Of a stretch of 63,878 nt of DNA, positions 26,043 to 39,410 are shown in pieces; position 1 is the stretch's first letter, and every line of letters starts with the position of its first letter. Where the stretch lies: contig CM052816.1 in the NCBI GenBank assembly GCA_028534125.1, positions 28,336,123-28,400,000 on the forward strand, in the 5' to 3' direction. This DNA is from Lama glama (lineage: Eukaryota). Made by a program: the position numbers and the translations under genes. The notes beneath the pieces are model-generated. The model ran no database searches, was not told where the DNA came from, and worked only from the letters and a program-made list of their open reading frames with translations.

Positions 26043-26588
26043 TGTTAGGTAGGTAGATCAGTGGGGGCACTGGGCAGATAGGTGGAGGAGAAAGAGGATG
26101 GTTTTGAGATGACATTATGCCCGCCTCCAGCATAAAGGGGCTTTACTTCTTCTAAACGGATGCCAGCAAGAAACTAGTAAGAACTCGAAAGCCACAACTG
26201 CACGGAATCAGAAAAGACTTAACCAGACACAACTCAATGCTCATTGTATTATAATTAACACTAAGGTTTAGCCACCCACCTCTCCATGAGTTTTTCTGCA
26301 TACACCATGGGTAAGGACATGCACAAAGGGGCCAAACATGACTAAGCATTCCGGGGACAAGAGCTGTCAATCAATCAAGAGACTACCTCTAAGCAAGGGT
26401 ATAAGGGAAAGGGGAGACCAAAACTGTCACTTTTCCTCCCTTGGATCAGCCCGCCTCCCATTCTTGGAGGTGTACCTTTTTTTTTTTTTAATAAATCTTT
26501 TAAAATCTTTCCCTACGCAATGCACTGTCTCCCGACTAAACTTATCTCTTTTGGGTATGATACCAACTTCAACTCCTTCCATTTAAGA
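26043..26588 (+). mobile_element. Relatively young ERV solo LTR
   Basis: Starts tgttaggtaggtag; higher GC/CpG than flanks; TATA-like tataag at ~26400; AATAAA at 26490-26495; U5-like tail. Confidence 0.7.
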
Positions 26589-26689
26589 GGAGAAAACTGG
26601 ACCCCCGAAGTGGAAACAGATCGATAGTCGTGGCAAGGCTGGAAGTGAGGCCCTGAAAAACAATCTTGAACATCTGCATGTTTACTCTA

Positions 26690-26870
26690 GGCTCAGATAC
26701 ATGCTGGCCTCGTGGACTTTGGAAAGCCAGTTAATTTCTCTGAATCTCACTGTTTTGTTTGAAAATGAAGGTAACGTGCACCCTAAATAAAACCTAGAAA
26801 ATATCTGGCCCAAGTAAGATAATCAATGTGAAAACACTTTGTGAAAAAGGGAGAAAGATGCTCAAGTGGT
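26690..26870 (+). mobile_element. MIR fragment
   Basis: gtggactttggaaagccagttaatttctctgaatctcactgttttgtttgaaaatga..gataatcaatgtgaaaacactttgt. Confidence 0.6.
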
Positions 26871-28687
26871 CAGTGCTAATGTATTCAAGTACATGATGAA
26901 AGCTTCTCTTACATAATGTCATTTTATCTCATCTAATCTTTTACTGCCCACCTATTAATAAGGTAGGTATGCACGCATCTGTTGACCAACAGGTGATTCT
27001 AGTGTGCATACAGAGCCAGGTCCTATGCACATGCAATGAATAAGCAAATTCAGGCTGAGGGAACTTAAGTAACGTATCCAACTACCCTCAAAGAACTTGA
27101 GATGTTTTTATTAATCCATAGGGAGCCTACTGATTGTAGCTCAGGACAACTGTTAACTGTTGTGTAGTAACTTTCTGCTACTGGTCACGCAGAAGCATGC
27201 TACAATTATTCAAATCAGAATCTTTGCTTTTATATCTTTGATCAAAAATTTTTACTAGAAGTATCTTTGTTTTTATTATCCAAGGTGTCATGATATACAT
27301 GCCAAGCCACCTGCCATGAACAGTCAGCCTGGTCTCTAATTACATCACATCTGCTCTAGAAGATGACTACTCTCCTCTTTGGGGTGCTCCCAAGGGCATA
27401 AGGTCCATTTCAAATGTGCCACATGACCTATATTTTGATTCAAAGTACACCAAACATACCTTCCAAACTCAGTAATATGTATCTTTAGGTTTAACTTCTC
27501 AGGATGAGAAGGACTGACTGCCTCCTTTTTTAAGATATCTCATGAGACTTTCCAAAATTAAATACATCAACATACACCCCTGCAAATTTGGGGGAAACAC
27601 ATAAAAATATTTTATCTGCATCAACAAATATCATGTGGGAAAATATGAGGTCAGTGCCCTAAATTACTGGGAAAGCTTATTAGCAATAGAGTCCATGCCT
27701 TGGGAGGAACTTAAGAAAAGACTGAAAATTGTGTGAGGGCAAATAAACCTCCTTCCTAAGCTTCAAGAGTATTAGTAAAAACTCCACTCTTGGCTTCCTA
27801 ATTGCATGGTGGTTTTACATATGAGAACTTTCTCTGAGATTAAATCTTTTATGGTTTCTTAGGGTCTTTGGGAATTAGAGTAAATCCAAGTTCAGGAAAA
27901 TCACTCAGAATATGAAACGGCTAAAAGAATATGCTTTTATTCCACCTCAAAATCTCTTTTCCAATAAAATATATTTGATATAGATTCTATTAGCAGGTCT
28001 TAAAACATACAATATTCCAAAGAAAATGAGTGATGATGCTGGAGGAAGGGAGGGGAACCCTGCCAGGGTCTGAGATGACTTCCCTCTGGGCAAGGTTTCA
28101 TGCTGACTATTTTCAATGCACCGAGTCACAAATTTCAGGACACAAAGAAATGAAGAGGCACGGAATAAGGGCTTCCTCTTCAACTCCCTAGAAAGCTTTG
28201 CAGGTCCTCATGTCTTTATTTTTGAATAGAAAGCTTGAAGTCATAATTTCTGAACAATAATGGGCTGTGGACAAGAACTTTGCAAACATTTCATATTCTT
28301 TTCCTTGCTGAAATATTTATAATTTTTATTGCAAAAGGAAGCAAACAATTGGAATCATTTTGATAACTTGCTTAATTGTGATAGTTAACTAGCTTAGTAG
28401 TAAATAACTGGTTTAATATTAGATACATAGTATGCATAATTATGTAAATATAGTTACATATAATGGAAAAATAAGTCTAATAATAGTGTGTCTATATATA
28501 TAAATATATACATGGACAGGTCAATATTCTAGTTCACAAGGGAAATTTTAACTTAAAATGTCTTCTTTAACAGACAAATACATGCTATTTTCAGTAGGAT
28601 GATACTAATGCATACTGTGAAAGATAATTGTGGCTTTGTGGTAGTATCCTATTAGCATTTTGTAAACTCTGTGAAGTGCTTGCTTAC

Positions 28688-28771
28688 CTGCTGACTGCAT
28701 TTCAAACAATGCTTAATGGTGACCGTGCCAGATTTAGGTAAAAATTTACATCCACCAATACAAAAGTGTTC
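28688..28771 (-). other. Candidate 84-nt exon of an unidentified transcript
   Basis: Acceptor acttttttcag|G and donor CAG|gtaagc; phase-0 frame open (EHFCIGGCKFLPKSGTVTIKHCLKCSQQ); protein not recognised. Confidence 0.3.
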
Positions 28772-30405
28772 CTGAAAAAAGTATTTACTTTTTAGTACTG
28801 ACATAAAACTGAAAAATACAATTATAAGATATTTCAAGTATACAATGTGATGATTTGACAAAAAGTATTTATTTTAAATGGAGTTCATCTAAGGGTAGAA
28901 ATGTGAGTTTTGTGTTTGTTATGTTTAATCTCTACCCAAATCAAAGTCCCTTTTATTTGAGGTTAAAGAACACTAAAAGTAAAGCATGGGCTTTCATATC
29001 TTTTAAGTGGGCTTCTGCTTAAAGATAATAAAAGACAGCATCTACACCAAAACACCTTCTTTAGTCGGCGAAGTATTTATGTCAATAAATATATGGCTGC
29101 ACAATATTTTGAAATGTCAGCAGAAGTTTCCATCTTGTAATCTTTTCTTTTTTTCCAAGACCCTGGTTTTCGCCATTCACACCTAAAACTGTGAGGTATT
29201 CATTGCTTGAATAATTTTATAGCAAAAAAACAAGCCATTTGAAACTCTAAAGGCAAAATCCTCAGTATGAATAGAGTTGGAAGACAGTTATAAGTAGGCT
29301 TCCTACCATGACACCATGACAGCTGAAGAGTCTCCTGATTTGATACAGGGGGTAGGGTATGGGAACAGGCAATAAACAGACCAGATGGAGAAGAGATAAG
29401 GAATAAGTAGAACTTAACGTTTTCCTGAGAAATGTGGGTCCTGGCCCCTGATCCAGGAGGCAGAATAACTGAAATCTAGATTGTGTGAGTATGGTTATAG
29501 GTGCCCTTAGAGATCACTAACTCTACTTCTAGGTACCATTAGAGGCAGGTGGGGAAGGAGCAACATATTCTAATACTTTGTATTAATAATGAGTATGCCA
29601 GATACCATCATGAAATTGAGATCACTTCTGTGAAAGGCTGAATTAAGAAGGCTTAGCTGTCAGCCTGCACTGCTCCAGAAGTAGTTCTCAGCCATGGAAG
29701 CCATAGCAAATAAGAAAGGAGAGGAAAGGCGGTAAAAAGTGAAAGGTGTTCAGTTCTTGATAAGGTTCTTGGCCACTGGTCTGCAAGTGACAGAGATCCA
29801 CCTCGGTGTGGGGGTGGGTGGAGGGATGATTTAATGAGAAAAGGAGCAGCAGGCATGAATCCTCAAACATTAAAGGAGATATCTGCATTTTAAAGTGATT
29901 GGTAGGGCCACAAGCACAGAGCTGAAATACGTGGAAGGACTTCTAGGCTGGTCTGTGTTATGTCTCCCTTGAGGGTGACTTGCAGGCTCAAAAGTGCTTG
30001 ACAACCAGGAATGCGTGGGTTACTTATGCTAATTCTTGGGCAGGAGCTCAGAGTTCACTGCCCCAGAGAAGCCGCTGAATAAATAAGGTTCAGTGCCTCT
30101 CATAAAGCGCAGCTCTGTGAAATAACCTGCAGAGCCTGATAAAAACTTGGAGAACTGAAAGGGAACAAATTTGTACTTTTTCAGTCTGTTCTTTGAAAAT
30201 AGTGCTTTTAGATTTAAAAAAGAATCCCACTGACAGTACATTTTAAATGATGTCAATTAAAATCTTCCTAAGCTTCTCTGTAAATATCAGGCCCTTTGCC
30301 CTCTTCTCTATCATTAAGACAAAATAGGGTAGAATATCTAATAAACGGTTAAAGAATTTGACAGGTCAGAGCCACTTCATGTTAGGAGTGATATGTGAAA
30401 CGTGC

Positions 30406-31230
30406 TGTTAGAGGGGTGTGAATAAAAAAAACTGGATTCATGGAGGTATCAAAGAAAAACTGCACTGATGGGGTTAAACAGGCAAGGAAGACTTGATTCA
30501 AGACTATTGCCATCTGCAGCACATGGATGGACCTAGAGATTATCGTATTAAGTGAGGTAAGTCAGATAAAGACAAATATATGATGTTGCTTATAGGTGGA
30601 ATTAAAAAAAATACACATCTTATTTACAAATCAGAAACAGACTCAGGAACATAAAAAACAAACTGTGGTTACCAGGGGGGAAATGAGGGAGAGGGATAGA
30701 TTAGAAGATTGGGATTAACAGATAAACATTACTATATATAAAATCAATAAACAAGGACCTACGGTATAGCACAGGGAACTATATTCAATTTCTTGTAATG
30801 TGCTGTAGTGGAAAACAATCTGAATATATATATTCGTTGCTGTACACCTGAAACTAACACTGAAAACTGACTACACTTCAATTAAAAAAAGTAAGGATGT
30901 GGAAAAAAAGAAAAGCACTAAAAAACAAAAGACTGTTGTACAGGGGTCAAGACTACTGCAATCAGGGAGAGACACTGAACTCAACTCTGCGCAAACAAAA
31001 GTCAAGAAAGATATTAAGGCCACCTCAGTCAGAATGCAGGGCTCGGTTTGGACAGGATTCAGAGATACGTCCCCTCCTAGCAGAAGGGCGGTCACAGGGA
31101 AACAGGAAGTCCTATTCTGTTACTTGGAAAAAGAAAAAAAAGAAGCTTTTTTCTCAACCTCTGCCTGGACTCTTGGCACTGGTACGTGAGTAAAGGTTTA
31201 ACACTTTTCTTCCTCCAGGAGGAGAAGACA
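30406..31230 (-). mobile_element. ERV1-class LTR interrupted by L1
   Basis: tgttagagg..ggggttaaacaggcaaggaagacttgattcaagactattgc|L1|..caagactactgcaatcagggagagacactgaactcaactctg. Confidence 0.6.
30511..30928 (+). mobile_element. 5'-truncated L1 3' end with composite tail
   Basis: catggatggacctagagattatc..gacctacggtatagcacagggaactatattc..ctgtacacctgaaactaacac; probable TSD aagactattgc (30500-30510) / aagactgttgt (30929-30939). Confidence 0.85.
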
Positions 31231-31239
31231 GAGCCTTAT

Positions 31240-31391
31240 TTTGTAGTGTGTTAATATCCATGCTGTAAAATTTCCCAATATGACCTATTTTGAACTACCA
31301 ATTTAATGATACTGCAGTGTGAACTGGAGAAGAAATGCTCACAATCAGGTCTTCAGAGGTAGAACCAACCAACTCAAGCATATCACACTGC
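31240..31391 (-). mobile_element. MER63-like hAT-Blackjack MITE
   Basis: gtaaaatttccca..atttgaactacca..gaactggagaagaaatgctcacaatcagg..ctcaagcatatcacactg resembles the MER63 reverse complement. Confidence 0.6.
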
Positions 31392-34300
31392 TTTTTAGCC
31401 ACACATGCTGACCAAAAATGAGAAGCCCAGACATCTAGAAATAATAGTATGTGCTAAGGATCCAACTCCTCATTAAGGAGACTTTAGACAAGTACGTAAA
31501 GAAAAGAAGTTTAAGGTATGAATAGCTTAAGAATTATAACAGACTTATTAATTTACAACTCCTTACAAATGGCAGCTGACTTCATTTCCATTACTGAATT
31601 CAGATGAAGAAACCAAGGGTCTCAGATTCATATAACCAGTAAATGGCCAATCTGGGAATGGACCAGAAGACTAACTGCTTCCCTAAACCCTCTCTTGATG
31701 AGCTCAGCTCTGAACAGCTTTCATAAAACCTACTCTCAAGACCTGCATTCTCAAAAATATCCTTGATTGTCTTACCTAAAGCCCACAATTCTGACAGGGT
31801 GATAAACACTTCAAAGATAAACAGTTAACTCAGGTTGTTGAAACTATGAAAATTTGTCTGTGAGAGACATCTTTATTCCATTAGCATCCCTTGCACATAA
31901 ATGGGAGATATTCTAATATGACTGAATGGGACAAGAAAGGAGTAATTTTTTTTCTGAAAGGAAAAAGTTACAGAAATCTCAATAATTTGAGCCCTACTGT
32001 GATAGATAGGAAAATAAAATTAAGTCTAAAAGGAGAAGAGAAGGAAAAAGAAAGGCCCCTGGAAACAATAATCATCTGACTCATTCACCTTTTTATCCCT
32101 CATGTTCAGTATGTGGCTGAATTCAGAGCAGGTGCTGGATACCAGTTTGGAGAAAGGAGAGAGAATTGGGAGGAAAAATGAATGGGAGGAAGGTAGAAGA
32201 CAGGTCAGAAAGGAAGGAGAAAATTAGGAAGGGAGCAAAGGACATCTGGTGGTACTTTTAAGAATGAGAAGAGTGTCTGAAAATGGAGTGAAAGGCTGTC
32301 ACAGCTGAGAAACGGGGCCTTACTTTGACAATGACCTGACACTGACTGACTTCAACAAGCCTACAATTGAGTGAATGTTATTTGTAAACTTCACCTTGTC
32401 CACCTTGCCACAGCATGGAATTTTCCTGGTCACACCCATTTATAGTACATATACATTAATTATTGTGCAGGACAAAGTGGATTTTAAAGTCATGTCTTTC
32501 TATTTTTACATTTAACAATAATTACAATGAAATCAATGAAAACTGTATGTATTTATATTTTAAACTGCATACACTATGTACGTGGGCATTTTTTCCCTCT
32601 ATGAAATAAGGAAGATTATCTTATTCAAAGCACATAGCAATAAGGAATGAAATAGAAGTGCTAGAAAATGCTTCCTTTTCATTCAATTAAGTAAATAAAC
32701 TCTGCCTGGAAGGTGGTGTTCTCACTGGCATAAATGTCACAGATTAATGGCAGCATTTCAGATCCAACCATTGATAACAGATTTTTCTGGTTTTTAATAA
32801 AGTACTATTCCACGAAGGATATTATTCTCTCTTTACACGGTTCTTTTGCAGGGCGGTTTTTTTTTCATTTGCATAATTTTCATTTGTTATGCTGACAATA
32901 CTCTCTGAATTCTACTCATCAGTGTAGATTTAAGATTGTTAATGCATTTTTTACTTGTAAAACTTAATTATCAAGGGTTAAATATTTCTTCCTTAATAAA
33001 CATTCCTTGACTAGAGAAAGGTATTCATGCTATAAACACTTTTATTACCAAAGAATGTTAAGACCTCGCAATTCTCTGTATGACTTAATGCTATTAGAGT
33101 TTTCCAAACCCTCAGTAAACTATGCTCTACCACAGTTGAAATTACCAGGATTAGCTGCTCATCAAATTTGATAAACTTATTTTTTAAAGCAGAAGCTCTT
33201 TTGATCGTATAAGGTGAAAAATGTCATTTGTTCTTTAGTTCAAAATCAGTAAAAAATATTCTTCATGTTTTTATTTCCATCTTTATCTCTATCTGTTCAG
33301 AAGAAAAATGATTATTGTCTGTTGGCACTAAGTACCCCAGGAAAGGTAGCACCCCTTGACAGAACGTGCTTCTGCCAGATAAAGAGATGATAAACTGAAG
33401 TCATTTTACAGAGTGAAGTTTCCAAAATAAACCAGAGGAAGACATCCAGCATCTACTGAACATGCTGCTGTGAAGATAAGGCCACAGCCCATGCCTTAAA
33501 GGAATGAGACCTGTAGCAGCAGACAGTTGGCAGCAGGATTTAATGAATTTAATCAACTCCTACTTTAGGAACCCTGGATGCTCTGAAAGGACTCTAAAGT
33601 GGATTTATTATATTAAAATTTAATGTAATAAAATTCCTGAGGCTTTTGCTGCTTACAAGGAGAAACTATGTTTAACATGCATGCACATCAGAGGTGATGA
33701 TCAGGATGGCACTCATCCATCAGGAAGAACGCTAGTGACAGCTTGAATTCAGGGTCCTGGAGGTGCCCTGAATTATACCAGGCACTTATCCTTCAGATAC
33801 TGAATCATAGAGACCTGGGGAGAATTCTGGTAGAGAAGGTTACATAACATCCACTAATTTCAGTATTTTAGTACCAGTGAGTTCTAAATTAATATAAGCC
33901 CCATTTTAATTTTGTGCTTATTTATTCTGTCTAATAGATAGTGTTCAGGTTCTTTTTGACTAATGCCTATTCCTTCCTGTCCTCCTAACCTTGATGATAC
34001 ATTTTTCATCAGGCAACACTTCATTCTGCTATCCAGTCTCAACTTTTAAATACTGTACCTTTATGTTTCCCTCACTTCTTATTTAAGAGTAACGTGAACA
34101 GTGGCATAGTTGTCATGGAATATAAAGGGGCCCCCTTGTAGGTTGCATTTTTATCCCTGATTTCTTTTTTTCTCACCACTGACTTTGCAGCTCACCTCAT
34201 TCTTCCTCCTGCAAATGGCGTTTATTAAACTCACAGGAAATGTTTAATGAACTTATTTCACAAGCCAGAAATTCCCTGCCATATGCAGAAATACACACAA

Positions 34301-34869
34301 TAGCCACAGAAAATCCGTATGAATACTGACACTCCCAGCCTCTTCCCACATTCACCTGCATCTTACCTCTGGGTATATTTTGCTCAATGTACTTCTCTCC
34401 TCTGCTTAATGTGCGAGTGAACTGAGTAGGATAGTATGTAGGGGCAGGAAGAGAACCAACATGTGAATACTCTTATGTCCTAATTCTTGTTACACACACA
34501 CACACACCCCTTGGATGTGATCATCTAGACTGAGATACTAATACCTGAAGGGGTCTTGCATGTTACTGATGCAGAAATGTGGATTTGTGAAAAAAGGGAA
34601 CATGAAATAGTTCTGTCTAGGAAGAGTTCTCCACTCACTAGATACTTCTGCCCTTCCCAAGACACTGGTGCTATGTTACACTGTGTAGTTAGCCATGGGT
34701 ATAGTCAAACAGAACTGGAAAAGAATTTTTACCGAATCAAATTCCTTTAGACTTGCAGACATTTTTTATGCACATTCTAGTAATGGCAATATTTTTTCCT
34801 CTTTAAACTGAATCTCCTAGGATGACAGAGACAGTGCAAAGCTAGAGAAAAAAAGAAGAGTATTATTAA

Positions 34870-36000
34870 ATTCATGTAGTATGTGCTTTTCAGTACCTAC
34901 TATATGCTGACAGTCAATCACTCAAAATCCTTTTGAGAAGTAGGTAAGGAAGGATGCACCAGGCAGTGGCCAATCGTTAGAGATGTTAGAAAGGCAAAGA
35001 GAATTATAGTGCAGTATCGATTAAGTATCAAGATTAGGATAAACATTTGGGGTGTTAGTTATAGGAGCAACACAAGATGATGGCCCACTGAAGGACAAGG
35101 GATAACTTTGGAAGTTTTTTGGAGGTACTGATGCTGAACTGAGTACCAGTGAGCCCATTAAAGGGAAAGGGGAAAGAGTGTTCCAGGCAGTGGCTGTTTA
35201 AACTAGTTATAAAGGAAACAGGCTGTAAAGTTGTAAAGGGTAAAGGAGGATATGAGTCTGAACTCCTTGGTTTAATAACTATTCAGTCTGAGCAGATGAC
35301 TTTTCTTCTAAGCATCTATTTACTCACAGGCAGCCTTAGGGAGAATGAGAGTAAAAGACGGGGGAAAAAAGAGCACTTAATAGCATGTAAGTACTTAATA
35401 AATTGTATTTTATCTGCAAAATTTTGGTGATGCACTCAGGGAACTGTAATTATTTCTAGAAATCTGGAGTGAAAAACATTCAAGTTAGGTAACGATAATT
35501 GAGGTAAAAAAGAGAGCTGAGGGTTACAGAACTCTGCAAGAGATAACAAGTCGTTGCAGGCTGTGATTTCTAGCAGTTACCAAGGTAGAATTTGGGGTGC
35601 AAGACTCCAAGCACGAGTCTTCTGTTTTTCTCTTCCTACACAGGGGGACTGCATGTCTCCTGTGGTGGAGCTACTGGACATAGGAGCTTCCATCTGCCTG
35701 CCTTGAAAAACGACCACATAGACATGATTCCAAAGAGTTCAGCCTTCAGATGTAATGTAATGAGGAATTGTTATGTGATGATAAGGAAGGTCATGACCTG
35801 ATTAGATTAGCCTTAAGAAAGATCACTTTGGCTCCAATATGCACAATTTTTCAAAATGGATGAGGCTGGAGGCAGACAACTTACTATTGTTTGAGTAAGA
35901 GAAGTAAGATGACAAATGAAAAGCATTTCCAGGCAAGGAAAGAAAGTAAAGCTACTGTTAAGGGTTAACTATACTATTTGATGACAGATTGGATGAGAGC
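34870..36000 (-). mobile_element. Fragmented L2 with other insertions
   Basis: agtacctactatatgctg..atgctgaactgag..aaagagtgttccaggcag..aagaaagatcactttggct..gaggctggaggcag. Confidence 0.55.
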
Positions 36001-36129
36001 AGAGTATGCAGTCTGGGGTGTGAGGCTGATGTCTTTTATTGTACTTCCCATGAGAGTGGCTTGATAGAACATTAATAGCAGCTAATATTTACTGAATGCT
36101 TTTGTGTACCATACACTGCCCCCTCTTCT

Positions 36130-36640
36130 CAGCAGTTAGAGTCAACATTTCTGCTTTCCTGGCAGAAGCTCAGATTTAGGACCTAGTTTTTGGTATATCT
36201 TTAGGAGGCTTCCTGATCCTCAGGGTAGATAGATGTTCATTAGTCTACGCCAGTTATTATAATTTTTTATCCCCTTATCAGTGATTTGCTAGACATGGGC
36301 ATGCGGTAGAAAAACAAGACAAAGTAGAAAGTCTAGTGAGAGGCTTCTGGGATAGTTTCCCTCATAATTAAAAAAGGAGAAATAAACAGGGCTTGCTTGT
36401 TCCTACCTCTGGCATAGGTGCCTACCTTTGGCATTGCCACATGCGGCCTTCACCTTAGGAGCTTCACGTATTCTTTTTGTACCGAAAAGGGGAAAGTCAA
36501 GAGACTCCCAGAGAGAGTAACTGATGGGGAGTCCTTGTGTCATGGAACCAAGAAGTTAACCAACTGACTCTGATATAGCTGAACTTGGGGCTTTCAGTTT
36601 ACTCAGGGACTTTAATGACCAAGAGACATGTCTTATTACT
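36130..36640 (+). mobile_element. Old ERVL LTR (LTR16-like)
   Basis: cagtgatttgctagacatgggcatgc..gaggcttctgggatagtttccctc. Confidence 0.45.
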
Positions 36641-36645
36641 ATTAT

Positions 36646-37123
36646 TGTTACCGATTCCTAACTTGTACTACTCACTGCACGACAGGCCAATAAATCAAGG
36701 GACAAGGGGCTGGGACAAGGAACAGTAACTTTATTTGGAAAGCTAGCAGACTTGGAAGATGGTAGACTAGTGTCCCAAAAAACTATCTTGCCTGAGTTAG
36801 AATTCACGTTTCTTTTATACTAAAAGGAGAGGGAGTAAAGTCAAACATTTCCTGGTTCTGGTCAGCCTTCAGAGGGGATGTTTCAGTTTCTTCCTTCCTG
36901 CCTGCAGTCATTCATAGGTGGGCCTAGTCAGGATGCTTCCTGTGAGCTAAACAAAGGTATTTTAGCTTAACACTCATTATCTAGGAGACAGGGTTCCCAG
37001 AGATGGGCCACTGTGTATAATTTAAGTTTATAGGCAACATCTCTTAGTGAGTAACTTATAGGAAAAGGTTAAAGTAGAAGAAACCGATTCAATATGGAGT
37101 CAGATTTGTCCTTCCCTAATGCA
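36646..37123 (-). mobile_element. ERV1 solo LTR (MER41-like, artiodactyl type)
   Basis: TG...CA ends (tgttaccg..taatgca) with a perfect 4-bp TSD ttat on both sides; tttatt (AATAAA on minus) at ~36730. Confidence 0.8.
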
Positions 37124-38019
37124 TTATCTGTGCTTAAAGGATGCAGGAAAAGGAGTAAGGGAAAATCTGCCAGTGAGAGTGGGAGATCCTCTCGCAATTT
37201 TGATAGTTATTGCAATGGAAGGAATAATATCTTAAATGACAGTATTTGGGAAAATAATTAGCTTTTTTCATTTTTTATTTCCTGAGACTTGACCTCAGGC
37301 TTTCACTATCTCAAGTTTTCTTCTCATTTGTAAGACATCCTTTGTTTCATGGGACTTTAAAGTCACAGCTTTATTCCTCACTTTTTGCTCTGGGCCTTAA
37401 ATCACTGGCTCCATTCACCACATTAGATGAAGAGTGTCATTAGCTCCAAATGATTGTTAGTGGCTGTGAAAGAAATGATTATAGAAATTCAACGTTTCAT
37501 TAATGACTAGTATGCAATTTTGTGACATCTAACAGGGTCCTATGCTCTGTAGATCACAGGAGTAGGAATGGCTGTTACAGCAGCTGTATTCTTTTGAACA
37601 GAAGACTCTGTGACAAAATTCTCAGATTTTATCTTTTGTTTCTAGTCTCTTAGTGGCTCAGGTGAAACTTTTTTTTTCCATCAGGATAAAATTTTTAATA
37701 TGTTTTATTCCATCACAAATACAATCTCAAGTAGTATAAGCTTTAGAAAATGCATTCTTTTCATTTTAACTTTATAGTAGGTGTCTAATGAAGGCAAGAT
37801 ATTCTTTAAGGATAGACAAAACTGGAAAAATCATGTATTACAAACCAAAAAGGGGATCAGAGTGTCAAGTGAATCTTAACTTTAACCAAATCTTAATTTG
37901 CTGAGTTTTCTTTTTTAGTTCTAAGTTGAGTATTATAGCATAAAGGACAGTGGTATCAATATATTCTCTTAGCATGATGCTATATATCCCCAAATGAAAT
38001 ATGGTATTAAACACAAATT

Positions 38020-39010
38020 CTTCCACTTGGGGGTTTCAATCTCATGTCTTCTCACCTTCTCAAAGACTTTTCCCAATCAATCACTTCCTCCCTCTCCAGC
38101 TTCAATCATTTCTCAGCTCTTGATGGACTATTACCACCAGCATACAAACAAGCACTAATGTCAAAACTTCCTTTGACCTTGACCTGAATCATCTTCCTAT
38201 CACTGTTCCTTCCCTTTCTAATGCACTGTAAATTTTCTTGACAAATTTAGTCATGTTATATGATCACCCATATTCAGTCCAATCAGGTTTCCACTGCCCT
38301 CTGTTCCAGAGAAAAATCTTGTCAGGATCACAAAAAAAATATCCAGTGGTCACTGTTCTTTCCTTAACCAGACCTTTCCATTGCTTTCTACATAGTTACT
38401 CACCTTTCTTCCTAAGACCCTCTCATCTCTAATGTCTAGGACCCCCATGTGCCTTTCACTGAGTGCCTGCACTGTTAGCTGCTTCATGTGAGTCTCCTTT
38501 GCTGGTAACCTTTCTCCTGCTGAATCACTAAATGTCCTGGGCTCTCTGGATGATTTGCTTTCAAACCTGTGGCTTTAAACAGAATTTGTTTGCTAAGACT
38601 TCTACATCTGTACCTTAAAATTCAAACATGCCCTAACTCCAGAATCATATATCCAACACCTTGTGTGATTTGTGTCCACAGGTGTTTTAATAAGTATCTT
38701 AAAATTAACACAGCCAAGAAAGTACATTTGATCCTCCAAAGAACCCAACTCCTTTCTCAGATTAATTTTTTTGAATAAATAACTCCATCTAGTTTCTTAA
38801 GCCAGACTTCTAGGGATTTTCCTTGATTTCACTATCCATCAGATACCCCTCACCCCCAAATATACATAATCCAAATTATCAATACATCATGCACAATTTG
38901 CCTTCAAAACATATTCTAAATTTACTTTCTTCTCAATTCTTAATTTCTACTATTTATGCCATGATTGCTCACTCAGATTATTCAGACTTTAACTAGCCCT
39001 CTTGCTTCCC
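38020..39010 (+). mobile_element. L2 ORF2/3' region
   Basis: ccaccagcatacaaaca..ccaatcaggtttccactgccc..tggctttaaac..aagtatcttaaaattaacacagcca, pyrimidine-rich L2 pattern. Confidence 0.65.
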
Positions 39011-39034
39011 TTCTCCCAACACGTTTGTTTTTGT

Positions 39035-39410
39035 TTTCACTCATTAACTTTACTGAAGTATGATTGACATGCAATAAAAAGCACCTATTTTAACTTTACA
39101 ATTCTGTGAGCTTATCAAATGTATACTCCCACATAATCAACAACCCAATCAAGATATATAATATTTCCATCATTCTCCAAATTTTCCTGGTAGCTACTTG
39201 CATTAGACCCTCCCTCAACTCTGGCCTAGGCAACAACAGATGTGCTCTCTATTACTATACATTAGGTCTATCTGTCTGCAATTGTACGTACATGGGTTCA
39301 TATGGTATGTGCTCTTTTGTGTCCTAGGCAGCTCGGCATATTGTTTTGAGATTTATCAATGTTGTGTGTTGAGGCAGTTTCAATTTACTATTTGCATATA
39401 TCACAATTTG
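39035..39410 (-). mobile_element. L1ME/MC-type 3' end
   Basis: aactttactgaagtatgattgacatgcaataaaaagcacc..caatcaagatatataatatttccatc..cctaggcaacaac. Confidence 0.7.

Noticed and set aside
26599..26620. tggacccccgaagtggaa after the LTR as a primer-binding site
   Set aside because: Poor match to tRNA 3' ends I can recall, offset from the LTR end, and followed by MIR rather than ERV internal sequence
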